From Nemertoderma westbladi (Eukaryota > Animalia > Xenacoelomorpha), in assembly GCA_032718475.1 (NCBI GenBank), contig JAUCBJ010003031.1, forward strand, positions 1 through 39,515: a DNA stretch of 39,515 nucleotides, in the 5' to 3' direction. Of the stretch, positions 1 through 10,100 are shown in pieces. The notes beneath the pieces were generated by a model, which did no database searches, had not been told where the DNA came from, and was given only the letters and a program-made list of their open reading frames with translations. A program made the position numbers and the translations under genes. Positions within the stretch are counted from its first letter, which is position 1. Each line of letters opens with the position of its first letter.

Positions 1-415
1 AGATGCTATCCTACATGACAGTTCAAAAAATTATATTTTACGCTATTTAATATTAGTTAATACTCGTTAACAATAAACAAAACGTGGTCGCGCTTAAAAC
101 CCTAAGGCTTTTACAGTTTTGAATCTAATCACATGAAAGTTTTTTATATGATAGATCAAAGATGGGGTAACATAACTATCAGGCGAAATTTTGTGAAAAT
201 AATTCTACACCGCAAGGTGGCGCTGCAAATTTATGCGATTTTTTTAGGTAAATAAAAATAAGTTATAAATAAGAGTTATAAAGTAATTAAATTTTATTTT
301 AAAAAAATTTCAAAAAAGTTGTCTGTTACTTTTATTTGGGAGCAATCGGAATTTCGTCTGACCATGGTGATGTTGTATCGAATCAAGTCTTTGACGAATT
401 CATTATCCACCTTAA

Positions 416-665
416 GGCCTGTTTACACATGGCAACTTTTAGAGCAACGTTCTCGGCAACTTGTAGAGCAACCCAGGTTGCCGATCAAGTTGCTCCGTGT
501 AAACACGTAAAAAAGTTGCCGTAAAAGTTGCTCAACTTTTACGGCAACTTGAAGGAATTTGCGTTGGCGAATTAAAGCGGGACAATCAAATTAAATTATC
601 AAAAACTAGCTAGTAGATAAAATGACCCATTATTTTACAGTCAAACTAGCCAAGTTGCTCTAAAA
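416..665. mobile_element. PIF/Harbinger-like MITE remnant
   Basis: Left end reads TAA|GGCCTGTTTACAC at 413-428 and is mirrored by GTGTAAACA at 497-505. There are many GCAAC/GTTGC motifs and an 18-bp perfect inverted repeat at 513-530/533-550. A partial mirror of the left end (GTTGCTCTAAAA) lies at ~654-665. No intact right end. Confidence 0.5.
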
Positions 666-1271
666 CTAATGTGAATAATAACCCCCCAGTGATAATAATT
701 GTTTGCTTTTATAAATAGTTACATAAATAATCTAAAGTTTAATACAGTAGTTGGCATATCTTAATAAACATCCCAAAGGCCAAAATTTATGATTAATAAT
801 GTTGTTATGGGAACTAATCTTCTAGAAATCTTATTCAGAATAATTACCAAGAGCTGTGGCAATAGGTGCAAGGTCGCAGATTATCTCAAAATAAAACCTT
901 GTATGCCGGTTGCTATGGAAACTTAGGTTAAGTGCATTATAAAAAGTTCCCCAAAGATGCCGAGTGGCACCCGACGGATTTTGATTACTCTAAGGCCCGA
1001 CTAAAGTTTAAGCAAATAAAAATGCGTGATGACCCAAAGTCACGGTGGACCCCTCTGTCTACCTGACTATTAACATTACATTGTTTTATTATTCAACATA
1101 AGATTGCCGGGTCCATGGATATCTTTCGTTAGAGAGAAGTTTACGTTAGATAACATTCACACCCAACAAGGTATTAAAAAGTCCTGAGATACCCAAGTTG
1201 CTACAACGTTTATACAATACAGTTCTAATTAGGGGAATAATGCCCTCAGTATGGTTGCAGGCTATACACCT

Positions 1272-1780
1272 GGAAGTAAAGTATTTCAGGTAGTGGGCAA
1301 TTACAAATAACTGGGAATTATTTTCGATGAATTTAATAACTTTCGGGAAACTGTAGACGCACTGTCCAAGTCGGGGCTTCGTGCTCTGGGAGCAATTCCA
1401 TACAAGGATAAAAGTGTAAACGAGTTCGGGTACAGTACTTTTACTACGCTATTTTCTTCTTGCGTATCACCATTAACTGATTATAGATCCGAAATCTGGG
1501 GTTTTGCAAAGGCAGCACCACATGTCGACAAAGTACAACTAAAGGCATTACGAGGGTATTTGGGGGTACACTACTGATTTACGGTAATGGCCCAGTTCCA
1601 ATGTGTAATCTTGCCTCTGGAAGTTGAAGTAGGACGTTTTAGAGGCGCAAAATTATACGATAGAGTGTGTCGGGTCAGTGAGGGAGATATTGAAAGCGAG
1701 ATACATTTTTTGTTGGTGTGCCCTGCATACGATAGGTCAGAGCTAGCAGCTGAAGGTCAAGATGGAGTTGGTAAATTGAG
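1272..1780 (+). mobile_element. Degenerate non-LTR retrotransposon (RTEX-like) RT C-terminal fragment
   Basis: Manual translation gives YK*LGIIFD (YKYLG with TAA at 1308-1310), then SEIWGF and YLGVH. After a deletion it continues VEVGRF...RVCRV...IESEIHFLLVCPAY, a decayed C-terminal CCHC knuckle. Confidence 0.75.
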
Positions 1781-1973
1781 GTGAATTGATATAAAATAGT
1801 TAAAAACGGTAAAAATGTTGAGGGGTTTTTGGGAAATTAGATAATCAAAATTATTCGATTAGCGAGCAATTAACTGAGACAATTATAAATAATTTGTTCA
1901 CTGTTTGTAGTGATTGTGCGCGGTGGAGGGTATCTAGTGCGTCTGCCTTGGATCATCGTCTTATCTATCAAAA

Positions 1974-2058
1974 ATGGATACCATCTGGAAATCAGATCTC
2001 TCCAGGCACCTGAAGACTAAGTTCTTTCGAACCACATTGGAAAATGTACTTTTATACG
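1974..2058 (+). mobile_element. Short RTE-clade LINE fragment
   Basis: IWKSDLSRHLKTKFFRTTLENVLLY matches the post-RT segment of RTE elements; compare IWKDKNI...KVQVFKTMVRTVMLYG in the 38028-38790 fragment. Confidence 0.6.
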
Positions 2059-2389
2059 AATTGATTGTTGTTACACTGACTCCCAAGGGCAGCCCTAAAT
2101 ATCAGCTGGAAACAATTAGCTTATGGTACACGTTCGTGGGGCCTTCGCGCAGCACGAGAGCCTATAATAGAAAGTACATTAATACTAATCTCTATTAGAT
2201 ATACGAAAACCGTCTTTCCCAAAATATATATGAGTGAAGGCGATGCTATCAGTTTGTGATAAACTAGTTGTAAAAACAGAGATCCATTTCAGTTTGCCCT
2301 TACACACTTTAACTGTCATTTGTAAACCTTCTAACTAGGCTATTTAAGTTAAGTATGACATTTTTAGTTTTACAATACTCTTCTCCTTC

Positions 2390-2745
2390 ATTAGCCTCGT
2401 TACGCTCGTCCTGTTTTGTCTTAAAATAATTTTCCTAAACGGAGACTAACGACCTTTATAACTATGCAAAGTCTCGAAACTGTGAGAGTAACTGCTGATT
2501 TATGGCAGATGGATACTCGTATCCACTGTAAACTCGTTGCGTTCGTTCGTTTTTTTTTACCAAACTTCCGATTCTTTCTAAACTTTTGCCGGACTACATA
2601 CGTACCAAGTTTCGTTTAATTTCATCAAGGAATAACCGAGTTATTAGCGATCAAAAATTTACGACGACGACAGACGACGACAGACAACTCGTTAATGGCA
2701 CCCATATGCTAAGGCTTCGCTCACTTCGTTGGCTCGCCCCACAAT
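2390..2745 (+). mobile_element. Probable non-autonomous Helentron-like interspersed repeat fragment
   Basis: Contains repeated CTCGTT(A/G)CG motifs, TACCAAGTTTC, a (GAC/GACA)n microsatellite at ~2661-2686 and CTAAGGCT...TCGCCC at 2709-2739. A similar ACGACAGAC...CTAAGGCT...TCGCCC end occurs at ~4110-4183. The family assignment is inference. Confidence 0.35.
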
Positions 2746-3094
2746 ACCACCAGGCCACCTGTATTAACCACTCTCCTCAGGCGCAGATTACGATTCCCTG
2801 GGTAGTACTGTACTAGAGAAGTAAACATGAGGTCATACCAGATCTACTTTCCTGGTAACCAACACAACAAGAATAGCGTTCCCTTGGAAGACCGGCTATA
2901 ACATAATAGAACAGCTTGGAAGGGATACTGAACTTCAATACTGAAATTCTGAACTACGAAATCGCGACAGCTATCTCGAATCTGAAAGCCTAAATGGATC
3001 TCATTTCCAATGTCCGAGTTCACTCGTCCAAGTAATAGTAGTACAGTAGTATATGGGATATGGGGTTAAACGCTACGCATTATTATTAAAATAA

Positions 3095-3320
3095 TTAACC
3101 TCCAGTCTCAGGGTTCGGGGCCTTCATATTCACTGCAGCGACGTTGTACTTGACTGCGTCACCATCATGCATACCGTCTCCATGGTAATAAGCGACTGCA
3201 CTAATAGTTTTAGGGTCCAGGCCAGCGGGTTGAAAGAACGGATTTAGATCCTCATTTAATACCATTTTGAATTCGGCGTCATAGAATTTCTTAAATCCTT
3301 CACCGACCAAGTATATAATG
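3095..3320 (-). CDS. Hemopexin-repeat secreted protein, exon 4 (last identifiable)
   Basis: Acceptor ttttattatttgcag|C at 3321/3320, phase 2, matching exon 3 (GA+C = Asp). Reads DIIYLVGEGFKKFYD...DPKTISAVAYY...PETGG* (TAA 3097-3095). A possible donor G|gttaat at 3100/3099 means the gene may continue. Confidence 0.75.
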
Positions 3321-3464
3321 CTGCAAATAATAAAACAACAGGGAGTATTTGAAATAAAATGCGGACATTTAACATTAATTAATTAAAATTTTTTATGGTT
3401 TTGGGTTATCCAAATTAAATGTGTTAGGTCCAAAATAAGCTGTTCATTTCCATGTGAATTTCGA

Positions 3465-3690
3465 TGCAATCAAAATTCACCCCTCTCCAGGGTAAAATCG
3501 ACTCCAATAACAGGTGAATAATCCCAAAAATATTACTGTAGCATGTTCTATTGACTTTAGTTTATTATTTTGGTTAGAATAATGTTCCACTTTAACCTGC
3601 TCCTCTCCCTAAATTGATAAATTAACATTGATACGAGATATTACTTTGCCGAGATATGATTTGCGTCAATACCCCCCCCCCCCCCCCCCC
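3465..3690 (-). repeat. Dispersed ~230-290 bp repeat family, copy 1 (inverted, in intron 3)
   Basis: Reverse complement of polyG-GACGCAAAT...TTTAGGGA(A/G)AGGAGCAGGTTA...AAACTAAAGTCAATAGAAC...CCCTGGAGAGGGRTGAATTTT, shared with the copies at 6189, 22181, 23204 and 35878. Confidence 0.85.
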
Positions 3691-4207
3691 GTCTCATTTG
3701 AACAATAAAATAATTACACTCAGTCTAAAATAAAGAAAGCCGCCTGTGCCTCCTCAATAAGAAACTCACCATCCAACTAAACGGGAATTTAACACATTTA
3801 TCTCATTACTTCAAGCGCAGGCCTATTGTGGTTTATAAATTGTTCAGAAGTTAATTTAAAGGCTACAGACTTAATCAACACAGTGTACATGACAAACACG
3901 TACGTAGGGACTTATTGCAAATGCTTTGCGTAGAAGTACAATTAGTGGACCTAGTCAATCACCCCTAGCGGTCGACAGGTGAACTATTGAAGTGAAGTCG
4001 GTCTGTCTGAGGAATTTCTACACTTTTTATAGACTACATATTACATATTATCCCATTATTTGTTTGGTCCCATTCCATCAGATTGACTGACTTAATAGCG
4101 TTCAGATTTTCGACAACGACAGACGGGTCCACTAATTATACCCCTCTACGCTAAGGCTCACCTGGACTTACGTGAGTCGCCCCATATAGCATATTTATTA
4201 GACTAAC

Positions 4208-4367
4208 TCCTTTGCTTTCGCCTGTCCTTCAGCTTCAAGCTTTGGGTCTAATTTGCTGTGGTACGCAGCCAATATTGGGTTGGGCGGGTCGGGGAATTCA
4301 TCTGCCGTATCTTTTGGGTAGCCATCCATAACGTATCCATGGCAATCCAACTTTATTACCTGGGTTC
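4208..4367 (-). CDS. Hemopexin-repeat secreted protein, exon 3
   Basis: Acceptor gtacttacag|GA at 4368/4367 and donor GA|gttagt at 4208/4207; 160 nt, phase 1 to 2. Encodes GTQVIKLDCHGYVMDGYPKDTADEFPDPPNPILAAY..., containing the hemopexin DGYPK motif. Confidence 0.8.
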
Positions 4368-4371
4368 CTGT

Positions 4372-6186
4372 AAGTACATGACTGGGAGCCAGATTAATAA
4401 CGAATATGGGTCTACTGTATAGTACATGACTAGGAGCCAGATTAATAACGAATATGGGTCTACTGTATAGTACATGACTAGGAGCCAGATTAATAACGAA
4501 TATGGGTCTACTGTATAGTACATGACTAGGAGCCAGATTAATAACGAATATGGGTCTACTGTATAGTACATAACTAGGAGCCAGATTAATAACGAATATG
4601 GGTCTACTGTATAGTACATGACTAGGAGCCAGATTAATAACGAATATGGGTCTACTGTATAGTACATGACTAGGAGCCAGATTAATAACGAATATGGGTC
4701 TACTGTATAGTACATGACTAGGAGCCAGATTAATAACGAATATGGGTCTACTGTATAGTACGTGACTGGGAGCCAGACTAATAACGAATATGGGTCTACT
4801 GTATAGTACATAACTAGGAGCCAGATTAATAACGAATATGGGTCTACAGTATAGTACATGACTGGGAGCCAGATTAATAACGAATATGTGTCTACTGTAT
4901 AGTACATGACTAGGAGCCAGATTAATAACGAATATGGGTCTACTGTATAGTACATGACTGGGAGCCAGATTAATAACGAATATGGTTCTACTGTATAGTA
5001 TGACTGGGAGCCAGATTAATAACGAATATGGGTCTACTGTATAGTACATAACTAGGAGCCAGATTAATAACGAATATGGGTCTACTGTATAGTACATGAC
5101 TAGGAGCCAGATTAATAACGAATATGGGTCTACTGTATAGTAAATGACTAGGAGCCAGATTAATAACGAATATGGGTCTACTGTATAGTACATGACTAGG
5201 AGCCAGATTAATAACGAATATGGGTCTACTGTATAGTACATGACTAGGAGCCAGATTAATAACGAATATGGGTCTACTGTATAGTACATGACTGGGAGCC
5301 AGATTAATAACGAATATGGGTCTACTGTATAGTACATAACTAGGAGCCAGATTAATAACGAATATGGGTCTACTGTATAGTACATGACTAGGAGCCAGAT
5401 TAATAACGAATATGGGTCTACTGTATAGTACATGACTGGGAGCCAGACTAATAACGAATATGGGTCTACTGTATAGTACATGACTAGGAGCCAGATTAAT
5501 AACGAATATGGGTCTACTGTATAGTACATGACTGGGAGCCAGATTAATAACGAATATGGGTCTACTGTATAGTACATAACTAGGAGCCAGACTAATAACG
5601 AATATGGGTCTACTGTATAGTACATAACTAGGAGCCAGATTAATAACGAATATGGGTCTACAGTATAGTACATGACTGGGAGCCAGACTAATAACGAATA
5701 TGGGTCTACTGTATAGTACATGACTAGGAGCCAGATTAATAACGAATATGGGTCTACTGTATAGTACATGACTGGGAGCCAGACTAATAACGAATATGGG
5801 TCTACTGTATAGTACATGACTAGGAGCCAGATTAATAACGAATATGGGTCTACTGTATAGTACATGACTGGGAGCCAGATTAATAACGAATATGGGTCTA
5901 CTGTATAGTACATAACTAGGAGCCAGACTAATAACGAATATGGGTCTACTGTATAGTACATAACTAGGAGCCAGACTAATAACGAATATGGGTCTACTGT
6001 ATAGTACATAACTAGGAGCCAGATTAATAACGAATATGGGTCTACTGTATAGTACATGACTAGGAGCCAGATTAATAACGAATATGTGTCTACTGTATAG
6101 TACATGACTAGGAGCCAGATTAATAACGAATATGGGTCTACTGTATAGTACATGACTAGGAGCCAGATTAATAACGAATATGGGTC
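4372..6186. repeat. 48-bp minisatellite, ~38 copies, in intron 2
   Basis: Unit GAGCCAGATTAATAACGAATATGGGTCTACTGTATAGTACATGACTAG, nearly homogeneous. One unit near 5000 has a 2-bp deletion. Confidence 0.98.
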
Positions 6187-6188
6187 GC

Positions 6189-6370
6189 GGGGGGGGGGGG
6201 GGGGGGGTGGTCATCAACTTGAATCCTCGCCTAATTAATATCTCGTCTCAATGTTCAATTATCAATTTAAGGAAAGGAGCAGGTTACAGTACAGTGGCCC
6301 GTCATTCTAGCCAAAACTATAAAGTAAAGTCAATAGAATAGGTTGTGTAGATTTATTTTTTAGAGAAATC
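6189..6370 (+). repeat. Dispersed repeat family, copy 2 (in intron 2)
   Basis: PolyG followed by ...TCAATTTAAGGAAAGGAGCAGGTTACAGT...AAAGTCAATAGAATAGG. Confidence 0.8.
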
Positions 6371-6413
6371 AGCTGTTAATTGTTTCGATTTGCCATTTTC
6401 ATGCTTAAAATAC

Positions 6414-6509
6414 CTTTGAACATGTAGAGATGGCCTTCTTCTCTTGACCAAGCAACCGCGTCGATATTTGAGTCGAAATCGTTACATTTGCGCCGATGAC
6501 AATCAATAC
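6414..6509 (-). CDS. Hemopexin-repeat secreted protein, exon 2
   Basis: Acceptor tttagttgtag|G at 6510/6509 and donor AAAG|gtattt at 6414/6413; 96 nt, phase 1 to 1. Encodes IDCHRRKCNDFDSNIDAVAWSREEGHLYMFKG, a typical first hemopexin blade (C...IDAV...G.LY.FKG). Confidence 0.8.
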
Positions 6510-6725
6510 CTACAACTAAAACCCGAATAATTAAAACTTTCGTAAAATTGCACCCGCTGTATTTGTAAGTTGGGTATTAACGGTTTATGGTGTAAGTTAA
6601 TACAAACCGCGTTACTTTACATACTTGTATGTGCCGGTATTCGATACATCAGTTAGATCAATAACATAAAATAGTTACAGTAATATCTTTATATGTATTA
6701 TCCATTATAAAATATTACAACTTAC

Positions 6726-6783
6726 CCAACAATGAAACCGTTGCTATAATGTTCCCAATGTGCATGACTTTGGTGTATTTCAT
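6726..6783 (-). CDS. Hemopexin-repeat secreted protein, exon 1 (signal-peptide-like)
   Basis: atcATG at 6783 starts MKYTKVMHIGNIIATVSLL. Strong donor G|gtaag at 6726/6725, phase 1, compatible with exon 2. An AT-rich TATA-like stretch lies ~30 nt upstream. Confidence 0.7.
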
Positions 6784-7154
6784 GATGATATATTAAGCTT
6801 CACGTATTTATTATAGCCACCTTGGTAGGTAATCCTTTATTTAATTTTTTTTTATTTAAATGTTTATGGTACGAACTCACTGATATTCCTGTATAAATAT
6901 ACCGGCGAACGCATCAGATTCGTAATCGATTAAATCAACTGCAATGTGATCGATTGGTTATTATCGCAAATATCGTATAATTGAAATTTTATTGATAATA
7001 AAATAATATCAGTGCAAAAAGTGGGTAACAGTTAACCATCTGTTGCATATATCTTCACTCAGCATAATTATCCAATCAATTAAATGTTTATTATTTTTAA
7101 CGATTGATAAAATCAGTCGTAAAAACAAAGTAGAATCGCAAATTAATTAGTTTG

Positions 7155-10100
7155 TTTGAATAGGGTCGGTACTAGGCTTTACGGTTGGGTTTGAATAGGG
7201 TCGGTACTAGGCTTGACTGTTGGGTTTGAATAGGGTCGGTACTAGGCTTGACTGTTGGGTTTGAATATGGTCGGTACTAGGCTTGACTGTTGGGTTTGAA
7301 TAGGGTCGGTACTAGGCTTGACTGTTGGGTTTGAATAGGGTCGGTACTAGGCTTTACGGTTGGGTTTGAATAGGGTTGGTACTAGGCTTGATGGTTGGGT
7401 TTGAATAGGGTCGGTACTAGGCTTGACTGTTGGGTTTGAATAGGGTCGGTACTAGGCTTGACTGTTGGGTTTGAATAGGGTCGGTACTAGGCTTGATGGT
7501 TGGGTTTGAATAGGGTCGGTACTAGGCTTGACGGTTGGGTTTGAATAGGGTCGGTACTAGGCTTTACGGTTGGGTTTGAATAGGGTCGGTACTAGGCTTG
7601 ACTGTTGGGTTTGAATAGGGTCGGTACTAGGCTTTACGGTTGGGTTTGAATAGGGTTGGTACTAGGCTTGATGGTTGGGTTTGAATAGGGTCGGTACTAG
7701 GCTTTACGGTTGGGTTTGAATAGGGTCGGTACTAGGCTTGACGGTTGGGTTTGAATAGGGTCGGTACTAGGCTTTACGGTTGGGTTTGAATAGGGTCGGT
7801 ACTAGGCTTGATGGTTGGGTTTGAATAGGGTCGGTACTAGGCTTTACGGTTGGGTTTGAATAGGGTTGGTACTAGGCTTGATGGTTGGGTTTGAATAGGG
7901 TCGGTACTAGGCTTTACGGTTGGGTTTGAATAGGGTCGGTACTAGGCTTGACGGTTGGGTTTGAATAGGGTCGGTACTAGGCTTTACGGTTGGGTTTGAA
8001 TAGGGTCGGTACTAGGCTTTACGGTTGGGTTTGAATAGGGTTGGTACTAGGCTTGATGGTTGGGTTTGAATAGGGTCGGTACTAGGCTTTACGGTTGGGT
8101 TTGAATAGGGTCGGTACTAGGCTTGATGGTTGGGTTTGAATAGGGTCGGTACTAGGCTTGACGGTTGGGTTTGAATAGGGTCGGTACTAGGCTTTACGGT
8201 TGGGTTTGAATAGGGTCGGTACTAGGCTTGACTGTTGGGTTTGAATAGGGTCGGTACTAGGCTTGACTGTTGGGTTTGAATAGGGTCGGTACTAGGCTTT
8301 ACGGTTGGGTTTGAATAGGGTTGGTACTAGGCTTGATGGTTGGGTTTGAATAGGGTCGGTACTAGGCTTTACGGTTGGGTTTGAATAGGGTCGGTACTAG
8401 GCTTGATGGTTGGGTTTGAATAGGGTCGGTACTAGGCTTGACTGTTGGGTTTGAATAGGTCGGTACTAGGCTTTACGGTTGGGTTTGAATAGGGTCGGTA
8501 CTAGGCTTGACGGTTGGGTTTGAATAGGGTCGGTACTAGGCTTTACGGTTGGGTTTGAATAGGGTCGGTACTAGGCTTTACGGTTGGGTTTGAATAGGGT
8601 CGGTACTAGGCTTTACGGTTGGGTTTGAATAGGGTCGGTACTAGGCTTGATGGTTGGGTTTGAATAGGGTCGGTACTAGGCTTTACGGTTGGGTTTGAAT
8701 AGGGTCGGTACTAGGCTTGATGGTTGGGTTTGAATAGGGTCGGTACTAAGGCTTGACGGTTGAGTTTGAATAGGGTCGGTACTAGGCTTTACGGTTGGGT
8801 TTGAATAGGGTCGGTACTAGGCTTTACGGTTGGGTTTGAATAGGGTCGGTACTAGGCTTTACGGTTGGGTTTGAATAGGGTTGGTACTAGGCTTGACTGT
8901 TGGGTTTGAATAGGGTCGGTACTAGGCTTGATGGTTGGGTTTGAATAGGGTCGGTACTAGGCTTGACTGTTGGGTTTGAGTAGGTCGGTACTAGGCTTTA
9001 CGGTTGGGTTTGAATAGGGTTGGTACTAGGCTTTACGGTTGGGTTTGAATAGGGTCGGTACTAGGCTTTACGTTTGGGTTTGAATAGGGTCGGTACTAGG
9101 CTTTACGGTTGGGTTTGAATAGGGTTGGTACTAGGCTTGACTGTTGGGTTTGAATAGGGTCGGTACTAGGCTTGATGGTTGGGTTTGAATAGGGTCGGTA
9201 CTAGGCTTGACTGTTGGGTTTGAGTAGGTCGGTACTAGGCTTGACGGTTGGGTTTGAATAGGGTCGGTAATAGGCTTGACTGTTGGGTTTGAATAGGGTC
9301 GGTACTAGGCTTGACTGTTGGGTTTGAATAGGGTCGGTACTAGGCTTTACGGTTGGGTTTGAATAGGGTCGGTACTAGGCTTGACTGTTGGGTTTGAATA
9401 GGGTCGGTACTAGGCTTGACGGTTGGGTTTGAATAGGGTCGGTACTAGGCTTGACTGTTGGGTTTGAATAGGGTCGGTACTAGGCTTGACTGTTGGGTTT
9501 GAATAGGGTCGGTACTAGGCTTTACGGTTGGGTTTGAATAGGGTCGGTACTAGGCTTGACGGTTGGGTTTGAGTAGGTCGGTACTAGGCATGATGGTTGG
9601 GTTTGAATAGGGTCGGTACTAGGCTTTACGGTTGGGTTTGAATAGGGTCGGTACTATGCTTGATGGTTGGGTTTGAATAGGGTCGGTACTAGGCTTGACT
9701 GTTGGGTTTGAATAGGGTCGGTACTAGGCTTGACTGTTTGGGTTTGAATAGGGTCGGTACTAGGCTTGACTGTTGGGTTTGAATAGGGTCGGTACTAGGC
9801 ATGATGGTTGGGTTTGAATAGGGTCGGTACTAGGCTTGATGGTTGGGTTTGAATAGGGTCGGTACTAGGCTTGACGGTTGGGTTTGAATATGGTCGGTAC
9901 TAGGCTTGATGGTTGGGTTTGAATAGGGTCGGTACTAGGCTTGACTGTTGGGTTTGAATAGGGTCGGTACTAGGCTTGACTGTTGGGTTTGAATAGGGTC
10001 GGTAATAGGCTTGACTGTTGGGTTTGAATAGGGTCGGTACTAGGCTTGATGGTTGGGTTTGAATAGGTCGGTACTAGGCTTGACTGTTGGGTTTGAATAG

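Noticed and set aside
1-1072. Possible DNA-transposon body ending near CTGACTAT at ~1070
   Set aside because: The sequence looks like transposon-end DNA, but no partner TIR or TSD lies within the window.
1080-2900. Candidate further exons of the hemopexin-like gene (acceptors near 2896, 2812 and 2161; a GYLRTF*YLVGC string near 1160-1197)
   Set aside because: Each gives early stops or no hemopexin-like sequence in the required phase; not supportable without transcripts.
4198-6217. 651-, 409- and 199-aa ORFs of (MYYTVDPYSLLIWLLV)n or (LYSRPIFVINLAPSHV)n as stand-alone repeat proteins
   Set aside because: They arise because a 48-bp unit lacks stops in two frames. The array lies within a well-supported intron, and only the part matching exon 3 (4367-4208) looks like real coding sequence.
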